NCBI GenBank assembly: GCA_963717135.1
Contig: CAVQVN010000006.1
Location: 75,995 to 139,994, forward strand
Source: an uncultured Actinomycetota bacterium
Lineage (GTDB): Bacteria > Actinomycetota > Acidimicrobiia > Spongiisociales > UBA4744
Reading direction: 5' to 3'
Length of the DNA stretch: 64,000 bases
Each line of letters starts with the position of its first letter. Position 1 is the stretch's first letter. The notes under the pieces are model-generated. The model was not told where the DNA came from. It searched no databases and saw only the letters and a list, made by a program, of their open reading frames with translations. Both the position numbers and the translations under genes were made by a program. This document shows positions 31,693-41,643 of this stretch, one piece after another.

Positions 31693-33165
31693 TCATCGCT
31701 CCCCAACACAAACCTGCCGAGGTGGGTCCCCCGTCAATACCTCATAGACCATCGCCAGCTGCTCACAGGGAGGGTCACCCAGCCGCTCCAAACGGATCTC
31801 TTCATCGTTCAGCCCCCAGGACAGGACTTCGGCCGCGTACTCCACGCCGCGTTCTACCCACGGCACCTCGTCGGCCGCCCATACGTCCCTTCCGGATAGC
31901 TCCAACACCTCGGCGCGGAGGTCCTCGTCCGTATGGTCGAGCAGCCAGACGTGGCCCAGCTCGTGCAGCATCCCGGCTCGAATGGCGAGCGGGTAGACAT
32001 CGCACGTCTCCGGGCTTCCACAAAGATCCTGCTCGTAGATACACAGCACGAGATCACGAGAGGTTTGGTCGCTATCTACTCTGCCGAAGACCCCTTCGCA
32101 ACGCCGGGTCGGCTCGAAGGTAACCGAATCGACCTGCGGCCGGGCGAGACCGGCGCCGACGAACTGCTCCAAACCCCACCGCACGAGACCGTCGAGCCTT
32201 TCGGAGCCGTTACGGATCTCGATGACGCGCCCGCCGGCAGCCTGGATAGTGCCGGTCACAACCCGGTCGCGGGGCTCCGGCAGCCTCAGACCCGTCCACC
32301 AACCGTCAATCAGATCTATTGAGGTACACCGGCGGAAAGACTCGAGCTCCGGGTAGCGATACTCATCAACGATCTCACCGCCGTCGAGCACCCACAGGAC
32401 CGCAGTCCTGAATGAGCATCCGTCCCGCTCGAAGCGATAGAGGCCGATTGCCCTTTGTGGATCTCGTCCATACGAGATCGGATCGAGAAACAGGGCCGTG
32501 CCCCTGTTGTCGGCCGCCTGCTCGCCTGCGATGGTTTCGATCGAGACGCTCTCCCAACGCTCGGAGGAGCTCTTGACCAGCCGGGCGATGGCTTCCCACC
32601 CGGCGGCCTCGACTCCCCCGAGCGGATCGCTCACCGTGGCCCCGGGCGCATACCACTGCGAAGCCAGGTCGGTATTCCCGGTCGACCAGGCTTGGGCGAG
32701 GCTCGTATAGAGGCCCTGGTAAATCCCGGCTAGCTCGGGCGAGGCGCGCAGGCTTCTCTCGAGGGAACCCAGATCAACGAGGATCGTGTCGCGGTCGATC
32801 AGGCCCGTATCCATGTCGCTCACGATCGCGCCGAAATCCCCCGAGCCGGGCCACGCCACGAGGCTGACTGCCTGGTCGGCCCCCAGGTGCACGTCGAGAA
32901 GGTCCCGGCTCAGGTCTGCCCTATGCGAGGCCAGCCAGTCGGATACCGGCACGGTTGCACCCAGGAAGTCGCTCGTGCGGTCGGCAATCTCGGCCTCGGC
33001 CGAGTAGAAGTCGAGAACCCCGTAAACGTCGTCGTCGGTGAAAGCTTGCGACAGTTGCTGGAAGTAGGCCTCCGCTTCGTCACCCCACGTGGCGGACGAC
33101 GTGGACGCGTCAGACGAGCCGCAGGCCGACAGCGAGATCACCAGGAGTGACGGCAAGATCAACAT
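31693..33165 (-). CDS. secreted lipoprotein with HExxH (zinc metallopeptidase-like) motif
   Basis: ORF 31693..33315. Lipobox LLVISLSAC after hydrophobic h-region. HELGHVW motif near C-terminus. Start provisionally at ATG 33165 (no clear RBS; could be further upstream). Confidence 0.65.
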   Translation of the reverse strand: MLILPSLLVISLSACGSSDASTSSATWGDEAEAYFQQLSQAFTDDDVYGVLDFYSAEAEIADRTSDFLGATVPVSDWLASHRADLSRDLLDVHLGADQAVSLVAWPGSGDFGAIVSDMDTGLIDRDTILVDLGSLERSLRASPELAGIYQGLYTSLAQAWSTGNTDLASQWYAPGATVSDPLGGVEAAGWEAIARLVKSSSERWESVSIETIAGEQAADNRGTALFLDPISYGRDPQRAIGLYRFERDGCSFRTAVLWVLDGGEIVDEYRYPELESFRRCTSIDLIDGWWTGLRLPEPRDRVVTGTIQAAGGRVIEIRNGSERLDGLVRWGLEQFVGAGLARPQVDSVTFEPTRRCEGVFGRVDSDQTSRDLVLCIYEQDLCGSPETCDVYPLAIRAGMLHELGHVWLLDHTDEDLRAEVLELSGRDVWAADEVPWVERGVEYAAEVLSWGLNDEEIRLERLGDPPCEQLAMVYEVLTGDPPRQVCVGER

Positions 33166-33492
33166 CCAAGGCGTGAGGGCTCTCAACCGGTTAGGACGGG
33201 CTGCCGGCGTAGCCGCCCCGGTGAGTGTTCGGGCACCGTGCAGCCGGCATCCTTCATGGTCGGCAGTCCCCTGACAACGCCCTCTCATTGGCCCGAGTGT
33301 ACGGCGAGCGCCCATTTGGCGAGCGCCCGGCTCTACCTCGCCATCTTCGAGGGCCGCCGGCGGCTCTCCCCCTCGTGGAGTGTCGGTGCGCTACTCATCT
33401 GGTCTGGGCGACGGTGGTGGAAACGGTCACCTGAGCCGACATCGACGCTTCCCAGCTCCTATGCTGCTCTGCGCCTCGGAGAGGGAGGAACA

Positions 33493-33987
33493 ATGGATCC
33501 GTTTGATGTTGGTTTACTCGTTCTGCGGCTCGTAGCGGGGACCGTGATGATCGCCCACGGGATCAATCACGGTCGCAACCTCGCGAGCACGGCCGCCTGG
33601 TTCGAGAAGCTCGGCTTCCGCCAGGCTCGCATGCAGGCGTTGATGTCCTCGGGGACCGAGCTGGCAGTCGGGGCCGGACTGATCTCCGGTTTGCTCGCCA
33701 CGCCGGCCGCGGCGGGGCTGGCGGCGATCATGGTGGTCGCCTGGGTCTCGAATCATCGCAAAGCCGGGTTCTTTGTCTTCAACCGTCCAACCGAAGGGTG
33801 GGAGTACGTCATGACCCTCACCGCCATCGGTGTGACCATTGCCACCCTGGGCGCCGGGGAGATTTCCCTCGATGGGGTGATCGGCATCGATCTGTCGGGT
33901 TGGACCGGTTTGCTGATCGGCCTGGGCGGCATCGTGGCCGGCTTCGGACAGCTGGCTACTTTCTGGAGACCACCAAAAGAAACCTGA
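33493..33987 (+). CDS. DoxX family membrane protein
   Basis: ORF 33238..33987 trimmed to ATG 33493 (MDPFDVGLLVLRLVAGTVMIAHGINH) with GAGGGAGGAAca RBS. 4 TM DoxX pattern. Confidence 0.8.
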   Translation: MDPFDVGLLVLRLVAGTVMIAHGINHGRNLASTAAWFEKLGFRQARMQALMSSGTELAVGAGLISGLLATPAAAGLAAIMVVAWVSNHRKAGFFVFNRPTEGWEYVMTLTAIGVTIATLGAGEISLDGVIGIDLSGWTGLLIGLGGIVAGFGQLATFWRPPKET

Positions 33988-34171
33988 GGCCACCTGAGGG
34001 GAACCGGTCGGCGGGGCAATTCCCCTGCTCTGCTCTCCCTCGACCAGCGTGGTGCCGCCACCCAGGAAGAGGTGTCAGCCCTACCCGGTAAACCGCGCTG
34101 ACACTGTTGCCGCCCGAAGCGCTCCACGCCACACTGCCCGAACGCACAATCGCCGGTTGAGGGAGGATCGG

Positions 34172-35476
34172 ATGACAATCTCGGTGTTTCTCGCCGACGA
34201 CAACCTCATCGTGCGAGAGGGTGTGAAGGCATTGCTGGACCTAGAGGACGACTTCGAGGTAGTCGGGGAGGCCGTCGACTTCGATGGACTTGTCGCGGGA
34301 GCCAAAGCTACGAATCCCCAGGTGATCGTCACCGACATTCGCATGCCCCCCGATTTCTCCCGGGAAGGCATCGAAGCCGCCAAGGAGGTGCGAAAGCGCT
34401 ACCCGGGCACCGGCGTCGTGATCCTTTCCCAGTTCGATGATCCCGACTACGCCGTCAGATTGCTTTCCGAGGGAGCGGCGGGGTATGCCTACCTCCTCAA
34501 GGATCGGGTTGGTGAAGGAAACCAGCTGGCCCGGGCGGTGCGGGAAGTTGCAGCAGGGGGGTCCGTTCTCGATCCCAAGATCGTGGATGCATTGACCACT
34601 CCGGTCAGGGCCGATGCCTCACTGTCGCCCGGAGAAGAGGACCTCCTTCAGCAAGTCGCTGAGGGCCGGACCATCAATGCCATCGCTGCCCAGCGCAAGA
34701 CAACCCCTGCCGACGCCGACGCCGCCATTGAAGCGCTGTTCAAGAGACTGGCTGAGGGTCTCACCGCGGGGCGAAGCGACAGTCTCGAACGGCTGAGAAT
34801 GCTGCAGAAGGCCATCGTGGAACGCAAGGAACAAGGTGAATCTCTCAGCAGGCTGCTCCCCGGCGGAGTCGCTGAAAAACTCCGCCGCGAAGGTCAGCGG
34901 ATTGGCGAGACAGAAATGCTCGACGTGACCGTCCTGATGGGGGACATCCGCGGATACACGACAATCGCCGAGCGAACCGATCCCAGCGTCCTGGCCGGTC
35001 AGCTGAACGAACATCGGGCAGCCATGAATCATGCAATTCTCGACGCCGGCGGCACCATCATGCAGTTCGTCGGCGACGCGGTAATAGCCGTGTTCGGCGC
35101 CCCGCTCCCCCAGGACCATCACGCCGAGCGGGCGGTTGTCACTGCCGAAGCCATGCACGCTGCACAGGTTCGCCTCAACGCCGCATGGAAGACCGAAGGC
35201 AAGGAGCCTTTCGGTCTCGGCATCGGGTTATCGACAGGCATTGTGGCTGCTGTGGTCTTGGGCTCGGAGGAGCGCCTCGAGTACACGGTGATCGGAGACA
35301 CCGTCAACCTCGCCCAGCGCCTTCAGCAATGGGCCGAGCCGGGCGAGACAGTGTTGAGCGAACCAACCTGGGCGGCTTTGAGTGTTCCGCCGGCTGCCGA
35401 CGTTCTTCCCGCGGAGAAAGTCAAAGGCCGTGAGGCGCCGGTGTCGGCGTACCGCTTCCCGAGGAGGGTCGGATGA
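34172..35476 (+). CDS. response regulator with NarL-type receiver, degenerate LuxR-type HTH and C-terminal class III adenylyl/guanylyl cyclase domain
   Basis: ATG 34172 after GAGGGAGGA. REC motifs (FLADDN..., VTDIRMPP, phospho-Asp). HTH-like LSPGEEDLLQQVAEGRTINAIAAQRK. Cyclase motifs VLMGDIRGYT, FVGDAVIAVFGAP, GLSTGIV..GS, IGDTVNLAQRLQ. Confidence 0.85.
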   Translation: MTISVFLADDNLIVREGVKALLDLEDDFEVVGEAVDFDGLVAGAKATNPQVIVTDIRMPPDFSREGIEAAKEVRKRYPGTGVVILSQFDDPDYAVRLLSEGAAGYAYLLKDRVGEGNQLARAVREVAAGGSVLDPKIVDALTTPVRADASLSPGEEDLLQQVAEGRTINAIAAQRKTTPADADAAIEALFKRLAEGLTAGRSDSLERLRMLQKAIVERKEQGESLSRLLPGGVAEKLRREGQRIGETEMLDVTVLMGDIRGYTTIAERTDPSVLAGQLNEHRAAMNHAILDAGGTIMQFVGDAVIAVFGAPLPQDHHAERAVVTAEAMHAAQVRLNAAWKTEGKEPFGLGIGLSTGIVAAVVLGSEERLEYTVIGDTVNLAQRLQQWAEPGETVLSEPTWAALSVPPAADVLPAEKVKGREAPVSAYRFPRRVG

Positions 35477-37659
35477 ACGTTGACCTCTCCGACCGCGCTC
35501 GCCTCCGGATCGGTGTCACATTCGGTGCCGTCTCCGCCGGGCTGTCGGTGGCGTCGATGGCCACGCTTCTCATCCTCGGCGACTGGAACTTCCTCGTTGA
35601 GATCTCGGGCACCGTGTTCGGTCTGATGGGCGCAGGCTTCGGTGTGCTGACGATCGTGATGATCCGGTCCCAACCGAAGAACGGGGCGGTGTGGGCTATC
35701 GCGTGGGCGGGGGTCTTCGCTTCGCTGTACGTTGCGGGTGCGGCCGGCGCGCTCCTCCTCGCCCGTGGCGCGTTTCCCGGGCTCACGTACGAGGTGTTCC
35801 GCGAGCTCAGCCCCGCCCAGCTCCCCCGGCCTGCGGCGTTCGCCATCCACTTCCGTTTCTGGACCGTGTACCCGGCGATCTGGCTTCCCCTCACCCTGGG
35901 CCTGCTCCTGTTCCCCGACGGCCACCCGCCGTCACCCCGATGGAAATGGGTCGGCTGGTGGAGCGTCCTCGCCATTGCCTTGGGAGCAGCGGCGGCAGCA
36001 CTGTCTGGCAACCCATGGAGCACCGTCCCCATCCGGGCCTCCGAATCGACCGTCCCCGGAACCCTCGGATCGCTCATTACGGCGGGGTTTCTCCTGGCGG
36101 CGCTGTCGGCGGTTGTGTCGGTTGTCTCGCTCGTGGTCCGGTACCGGCGATCCTCGGGGGTGGCCCGGAGCCAGATCCGGTGGATCGTCCTGGGCGGTGC
36201 ATTCCTGGTCGCCTTCATCTTCGTTGTGCCGATTTTTGAGACGGAGGGCCCGTCGAGCATCGGCTCGGAGCTCATCGGCGCGGTCGCCATCTTGATGCTG
36301 ATGGCCTCCTACGGCATCGCCATCACCAAGTACCGCCTCTACGACATCGATGTTGTGATATCGAGAACCGTCACCTACGGGGTCTTGGCCGCCTTCATCA
36401 CCGGCGTGTATGCGCTCCTGGTCGTGGGCATCGGTTCACTGCTCGGTGGTGGGGATGAGCCCAATCTGGTCTTGTCAATCGTGGCAGTAGCCGTCGTGGC
36501 GGTGGCCTTCGAGCCGCTGCGTCGGCGTGTTCAGCATTGGGCGAACGTCCTGGTGTACGGCAAGCGGGCGACCCCGTACGAGGTACTTGCCAACGCCACG
36601 ACACGCCTCGCCGACACGAGGGACCCTGATCAGGCGCTCACCGAGATCACCCAACTCGTTGCCGATGGCACGGGGGCGTCCGTGGTGGTTTTGTGGCTGA
36701 CGGTCGGGGAGGTAATGCATCCGCGTGTTTCGTCGCCGGTCGGGGCGATCGAGGAACTCGTTCCGGTCGGGACCGGTGGCGATCTGTCCGATGTTCCGGG
36801 GGATCGGGTGGTGGCGGTCCGGCATCGTGGTGAGGTTTTGGGTGCCCTATCCATTACGAAGGAACGCGGCGACTCGGTCACCGGAGGGGACGAGAAGGTG
36901 CTCGCCGATGTGGCGGCGGGGGCAGGGGTGTTGTTGCGCAACATCGGGTTGAACGCAGAGTTGGCTGAACGGGCTGCTCAACTGCGGGTGTCGCGGCGTC
37001 GTTTGGTTGCGGCCCATGATGCGGAGCGGCACCGGTTGGAACGGGATCTTCATGATGGGGCCCAGCAGCAGGTCGTTGCGTTGAAGGTGAAGCTGGGGAT
37101 TGCCCGGACGTTGGCGGAGCGTGAGGGTGCCGAACAGGTGGCGGCGATGGTGGCGTCGCTGTCGGACACGACCCAGGAGGCGGTTGATGGGATGCGGGCG
37201 GTTGCGCATGGGATCTACCCGCCGTTGCTGGAGGCCGAAGGGCTCGAAGCGGCACTCGGCGCCGTCAAGCGGTCGATCCCGGTCCCGGTGACCCTCGAGG
37301 TGAGGGACCTGGGTCGGTACGCCCGACCGGTCGAAGGGAGCATCTATTTCGCCGTGCTGGACACCGTCACGCGGGCCGTCGACCACGGAGCATCCAGCAT
37401 CGTCATCTCGCTCGGTGGCAACGACGGGATGGTCGGATTCTCGATCCGCCACAACGGCAATGTCGGAGATCTCACCGTGGTCGAAGACCGCATCGACGCC
37501 CTTGAAGGCACCGTCACCGTAACCGTCGAACCGAGCGGATCAGACATCCACGCACAAGTTCCCGAAAGTCCCGAACGGCCTGCTGATCGCCCCGGTGCGG
37601 TCCACATGACGCCGGCCAGCCCCATCCGTTCCGCCGCCGAAGTGTCGCTCCCAAGATGA
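35473..37659 (+). CDS. sensor histidine kinase, NarL-partner type (polytopic N-domain + HisKA_3 + HATPase)
   Basis: 728 aa. ~8-10 TM helices. Dimerisation/phospho-His box ERHRLERDLHDGAQQ. ATPase region. ATGA overlap with upstream cyclase-RR. Confidence 0.85.
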   Translation: MNVDLSDRARLRIGVTFGAVSAGLSVASMATLLILGDWNFLVEISGTVFGLMGAGFGVLTIVMIRSQPKNGAVWAIAWAGVFASLYVAGAAGALLLARGAFPGLTYEVFRELSPAQLPRPAAFAIHFRFWTVYPAIWLPLTLGLLLFPDGHPPSPRWKWVGWWSVLAIALGAAAAALSGNPWSTVPIRASESTVPGTLGSLITAGFLLAALSAVVSVVSLVVRYRRSSGVARSQIRWIVLGGAFLVAFIFVVPIFETEGPSSIGSELIGAVAILMLMASYGIAITKYRLYDIDVVISRTVTYGVLAAFITGVYALLVVGIGSLLGGGDEPNLVLSIVAVAVVAVAFEPLRRRVQHWANVLVYGKRATPYEVLANATTRLADTRDPDQALTEITQLVADGTGASVVVLWLTVGEVMHPRVSSPVGAIEELVPVGTGGDLSDVPGDRVVAVRHRGEVLGALSITKERGDSVTGGDEKVLADVAAGAGVLLRNIGLNAELAERAAQLRVSRRRLVAAHDAERHRLERDLHDGAQQQVVALKVKLGIARTLAEREGAEQVAAMVASLSDTTQEAVDGMRAVAHGIYPPLLEAEGLEAALGAVKRSIPVPVTLEVRDLGRYARPVEGSIYFAVLDTVTRAVDHGASSIVISLGGNDGMVGFSIRHNGNVGDLTVVEDRIDALEGTVTVTVEPSGSDIHAQVPESPERPADRPGAVHMTPASPIRSAAEVSLPR

Positions 37660-39761
37660 CGATGGATACGAGCTTTCGAGCCAGACCCTCACCGTGGCCG
37701 TGGTTGGCGCTCGTCGTCGTGGTTTCTGCCTCAATCGTCGGAGTCGCCGGTGCTGCTCTTGACGCACCATCGCCGATCACCTTCATCAACGAAGCGGCAT
37801 GGGCAGCACTCCCGACCCTGTTCGTTGGTCTCGGCGTCCTCATCGAAGTGCGACAGCCAGGGAATCGGATCGGGTGGCTACTCATCGCCATCGCCGGAGG
37901 CCAGGCGCTCAGCGGTCTCACGGACTTTGCGGTGGTTCGCATCGACTCGGCTCCCGAGAGTCTGACCGTGGGCCTCTTCCTCCTCCTGTGGGCCGAGAAT
38001 TCAGCCTGGGCCGCGTTCGTCTTCCCGACATTCCTGCTGCTGTACGTCTTCCCGACTGGCCGACTGCTCTCGCGCCGGTGGGTGTGGGTCCCCGTGTCGA
38101 TGATGGTGATGATCGGAATCCTCCTCGTGAGCTTCGTCGCGCAGACGGAGGTCGGCCCATTTGACGAAGGGTGGCATCTGGCGAATCCGATCGGGTTCCT
38201 GGAAGCGGACACCGTTGGCGTCATCCTTGCCCCCTGGGCTGTCGCACTGATGATCCTGGCCGTGGGCGGAATCGTCGCCGTTGTGATGCGCTTTCGAAGG
38301 GCTGCGGTCATCGAGCGGGCCCAAATCAAGCTGGTTCTCGTATCGGTCGTCTTCTTCGCTGTCTCATACGGAGTCCTGCTATTGGGCGAGGCCTACTCAG
38401 ATCCCTCATCGCCCGTCGCGCTCCTGCTGCCAATCGGGTTCGGTGGCATACCGGTGGCCATCGCAATGGCCGTCCTCAAGCACGGGCTCTTCGAGATCGA
38501 TGTGGTGATCAGTCGGTCGTTGACGTTTGGTGTATTGGCGGTGTTCATCGGTGGGGTGTATGTGGCGATCGTGGTGGGGATCGGTGCCCTGTTCGATCAA
38601 GCCGATGGCTCGAATGTTGGTTTGTCGGTGATAGCGACCGCAGTGGTGGCGTTGGCGTTCCAACCGGTGCGTTCGCGGGTGGAGCGGTGGGCGAATCGGT
38701 TGGTGTATGGGAAGCGGGCAACGCCGTATGAGGTGTTGGCGCGGTTCTCGCATCGGGCGGCGGAGGAGTCTGATGAGGATGTGTTGGCCCGGATTCCTCG
38801 TTTGATTGTGGATGGGACGGGTGCTGCGGAGGCGGCATTGTGGGTGCGCACGGGCGACGGTTTCCGCACGACCTCGGTGTGGCCCGAGGACGCGTCGGAG
38901 CGAACGCTTGAGGACGACGCCGCCTTTGAGGATCCCGACGGTGATGTGTCGTTGCCGGTGGTCCACAACGGCGAGCTCCTTGGTGGGATCTCGTTAGTGG
39001 CGACGCGGGGTGGTTCGATCACGCCTCCTGAGCGGGAGTTGTTGGCGAATCTGGCGGATGGGTTGGGATTGACGTTGCGCAACAGTCAGCTCACGAGCCA
39101 GTTGCGTCGGCAGGTGAAGGATCTACAGAGGTCCCGTGACAGGGTGGTGTCGGCGGCTGATGAGGCGAGACGGTCGTTGGAGCATGATCTCGATTCGGGT
39201 CCGCAGCAGCAGTTGGTGGCGGTGAAGGTGAAGTTGGGTCCGGTGCGGAGGATGGCCGAACAGGCCGGTGCCGTCCGCGCGGCTGAGGTATTGGCCGGTA
39301 TCGAGGCCCAGGCGTCGGAGGCGATCCAGGCGGTGCGGGACTTCGCTGCGGGCATCTATCCGCCGTTGTTGGGTGCTGAGGGATTGGCGGTGGCGTTGGG
39401 TCAGGAGGTCCGCAAGGCGGCGTTGCCGGTGGATCTCGAGGTCGATGGTGTGGGGCGGTATCTGCGTGAGGTGGAGTCTGCGGTGTACTTCTCGATTCTC
39501 GAGGCGCTCCAGAACACCGCCAAGTACGCCGAGGCATCACGGGCCGTCGTCAAGCTCAGCGCAAGCGATGGTGACCTGCGGTTCGAAGTCTTGGACGACG
39601 GGCGAGGGTTCGACGTTGCATCCGTATCTCGAGGGGCTGGGCTCAATGGCATCGCCGACCGAATCGACACAGTTGGAGGCTCATGGCGTATAGCCTCGAA
39701 ACCCGGATCAGGAACGACCGTCGAGGGAACCGTGCCGGTAAACAACGGGGATAACGTCTAG
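37656..39761 (+). CDS. sensor histidine kinase, tandem paralog of the preceding kinase
   Basis: 701 aa. Shares blocks KHGLFEIDVVISRSLTFGVLAVF, VYGKRATPYEVLA, H-box RRSLEHDLDSGPQQQ, and HATPase_c (GAGLNGIADRIDTVGG). ATGA overlap. Confidence 0.85.
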   Translation: MTMDTSFRARPSPWPWLALVVVVSASIVGVAGAALDAPSPITFINEAAWAALPTLFVGLGVLIEVRQPGNRIGWLLIAIAGGQALSGLTDFAVVRIDSAPESLTVGLFLLLWAENSAWAAFVFPTFLLLYVFPTGRLLSRRWVWVPVSMMVMIGILLVSFVAQTEVGPFDEGWHLANPIGFLEADTVGVILAPWAVALMILAVGGIVAVVMRFRRAAVIERAQIKLVLVSVVFFAVSYGVLLLGEAYSDPSSPVALLLPIGFGGIPVAIAMAVLKHGLFEIDVVISRSLTFGVLAVFIGGVYVAIVVGIGALFDQADGSNVGLSVIATAVVALAFQPVRSRVERWANRLVYGKRATPYEVLARFSHRAAEESDEDVLARIPRLIVDGTGAAEAALWVRTGDGFRTTSVWPEDASERTLEDDAAFEDPDGDVSLPVVHNGELLGGISLVATRGGSITPPERELLANLADGLGLTLRNSQLTSQLRRQVKDLQRSRDRVVSAADEARRSLEHDLDSGPQQQLVAVKVKLGPVRRMAEQAGAVRAAEVLAGIEAQASEAIQAVRDFAAGIYPPLLGAEGLAVALGQEVRKAALPVDLEVDGVGRYLREVESAVYFSILEALQNTAKYAEASRAVVKLSASDGDLRFEVLDDGRGFDVASVSRGAGLNGIADRIDTVGGSWRIASKPGSGTTVEGTVPVNNGDNV

Positions 39762-40138
39762 CCGCGAGTGGCGAGATCCCATATCTCGGCCAGAGTCTCC
39801 ATTCCGAACTGGGACTTGGGAACGAACCCGACCGCCCCGGCCTCCAAGGCCACCCTCTCGTAGTCACCCGACTCGTGAGTCGACATAACGAGGACGACCG
39901 GCGGATGGGCGAGGGAACGGATCCGTCGCGTCGTTTCGATGCCGTCCATGCCGGGCATCTGTACATCCATGAGCACGAGATCTGGCTGCAGATGCGCCAC
40001 CAACTCGAGCGCCTGATCGCCATTGACTGCCTCACCCGCGACGTCGAAACCGTTCGTCATCTCCACCACCATCCGCGAGGCCTCGCGGAAAGGCAGTTGA
40101 TCATCAACGATCAAGACCTGGACCTCATCGTGTTTCAT
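39758..40138 (-). CDS. single-domain response regulator (CheY-like receiver only)
   Basis: C-terminal 126 aa of ORF 39758..40483 starting MKHDEVQVLIVDDQ. Motifs VLMDVQMPGMDG, ...FVPK. Convergent with and 4 nt overlapping kinase 2 stop. The upstream ORF extension overlaps the NarL gene in another frame. Confidence 0.75.
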   Translation of the reverse strand: MKHDEVQVLIVDDQLPFREASRMVVEMTNGFDVAGEAVNGDQALELVAHLQPDLVLMDVQMPGMDGIETTRRIRSLAHPPVVLVMSTHESGDYERVALEAGAVGFVPKSQFGMETLAEIWDLATRG

Positions 40139-40211
40139 AGGTTCATCATCCCAGAGGGCAGGTTCGCCGACCACCCGGATTACGCGACTCGTACATTGGT
40201 GCTGGCACGAG

Positions 40212-40880
40212 TCACTCCTTCTGGTCCGCCAGATAGAGGAGAACGGCCCGAACCCTTCGATGGATGTCGTCTGTCTGTGATAGGTCGAGTTTTGTGAAGA
40301 TCGAGTTGATGTGCTTTTCGACGGACCGGGACGAAATGAAGAGGGCGTCACCGATCGCCGCGTTGTTTCCGCCCTCGGCCATTGCGGAAAGCACTTCTTT
40401 CTCCCGCTCGGTGAGCCGGTCGAGAATCGATTGTTTGTCCTTGGAGCGCCCCTCGACGAGCGCGTCCACCACCCTCGAGTCAATGACTGATCCCCCCTCT
40501 GCCACCCGCCGGATGGCAGTCGCCAGCTCGCCGCAATTCGCCACTCGCTCTTTCAGCAAGTAGGCGCGTCCGCTGGATCCTTCCTCGAGCAGTTTCAGCG
40601 CATACCGAGGCTCGACGTATTGGCTGAGAACGACCACGCCCATCTCTGGATGGTTCTCCCTGATGATGCTGGCGGCTCTAATCCCCTCATCCGTCTGCGA
40701 GGGCGGCATGCGGATGTCGGTGACGACAACGTCCGGCCGATGCTCGTCCACGGCCGACAGCAGCTCGTCGTAATCAGCACAGCTGGCCACGAGCAGGAGG
40801 TCCTCATCCAAAGCAAGGACCGCCCTGATGCCCTCACGCATGAGGAGACTATCTTCCGCAATCACGAGCCGCAGAGCCAT
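40212..40880 (-). CDS. NarL/FixJ family response regulator (REC + LuxR HTH)
   Basis: 222 aa. VIAEDSLLMREG, TDIRMPP, HTH LTEREKEVLSAMAEGGNNAAIGDALFISSRSVEKHINSIFTKL. Confidence 0.88.
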   Translation of the reverse strand: MALRLVIAEDSLLMREGIRAVLALDEDLLLVASCADYDELLSAVDEHRPDVVVTDIRMPPSQTDEGIRAASIIRENHPEMGVVVLSQYVEPRYALKLLEEGSSGRAYLLKERVANCGELATAIRRVAEGGSVIDSRVVDALVEGRSKDKQSILDRLTEREKEVLSAMAEGGNNAAIGDALFISSRSVEKHINSIFTKLDLSQTDDIHRRVRAVLLYLADQKE

Positions 40881-41074
40881 GGCGGAAGCCTACTTGTAAC
40901 GTCTTCGCTTTCTGCGGTCGCTGCGGTTGCGAACATAGTGTCTGAGTAGCTCCGGGGGTGACACTCGAATTCACAAAATAGTCGATCCGCTGCCGCTGGT
41001 GTGAGCTTGGGTTTTGTGACCCTGTTGCCGACAACCATGACCACCTAGGGCGGCCGTAGGCGGAAGCCGGATTA

Positions 41075-41446
41075 TCACGTCCACCCCAGCTCGTCGAGGC
41101 GCTCGTCTGAGATCCCGAAGTGATGTCCGACTTCGTGAACCACCGTGATGGCGATCCGGCGGCGCAGTTGATCACGGTCGGAGGTGATACGGAGGTGAGG
41201 GCCCCGAAAGATGGTGATCCGATCCGGCATGGCCCCCTGGTAGGAGATCGGACCTCGCCGGGTCAAGCTCACACCCTCATAAAGACCCAACAACATGCCC
41301 TGATGGTCCTGTTGCTGGCTGCGAGTCGGCCAATCCTCGACCTGTACCGCAATGTTCTCCATGTGCCTGGCGAGGTCGTCCGGGATCGAATCGAGCGCTT
41401 CGGCGACCAGATCCTCGAATTCGGCGAGCGACATGGTCACGGACAT
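41075..41446 (-). CDS. zincin-like metallopeptidase family protein (SprT/DUF1025-like)
   Basis: ORF 41075..41521. HEVGHHFG motif. Start provisionally ATG 41446. Confidence 0.6.
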   Translation of the reverse strand: MSVTMSLAEFEDLVAEALDSIPDDLARHMENIAVQVEDWPTRSQQQDHQGMLLGLYEGVSLTRRGPISYQGAMPDRITIFRGPHLRITSDRDQLRRRIAITVVHEVGHHFGISDERLDELGWT

Positions 41447-41643
41447 GGCTATCAGGGTAGGTGCCGCCCGGATCAACGAAGGGCGGCCACGACCGACTCC
41501 CGGTGATCCTTGGAGGGCCACCGCCAGAAGTCCTCAGCCTGGTACCGGCCGGCGGCGGCCACTCTACCTCGGCGATGGGGCAAATCTGCGCCCTAAAACT
41601 GGTGGGCGGGGCGGGTAGCCGGATGCGGTCGTCGGGAGACGAA

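Noticed and set aside
40139-40483. N-terminal extension of ORF 39758..40483 (MTRGWWTRSSRGAPRT...)
   Set aside because: Overlaps the NarL regulator gene in another frame. Receiver domain begins at MKHDEVQVLIVDDQ.
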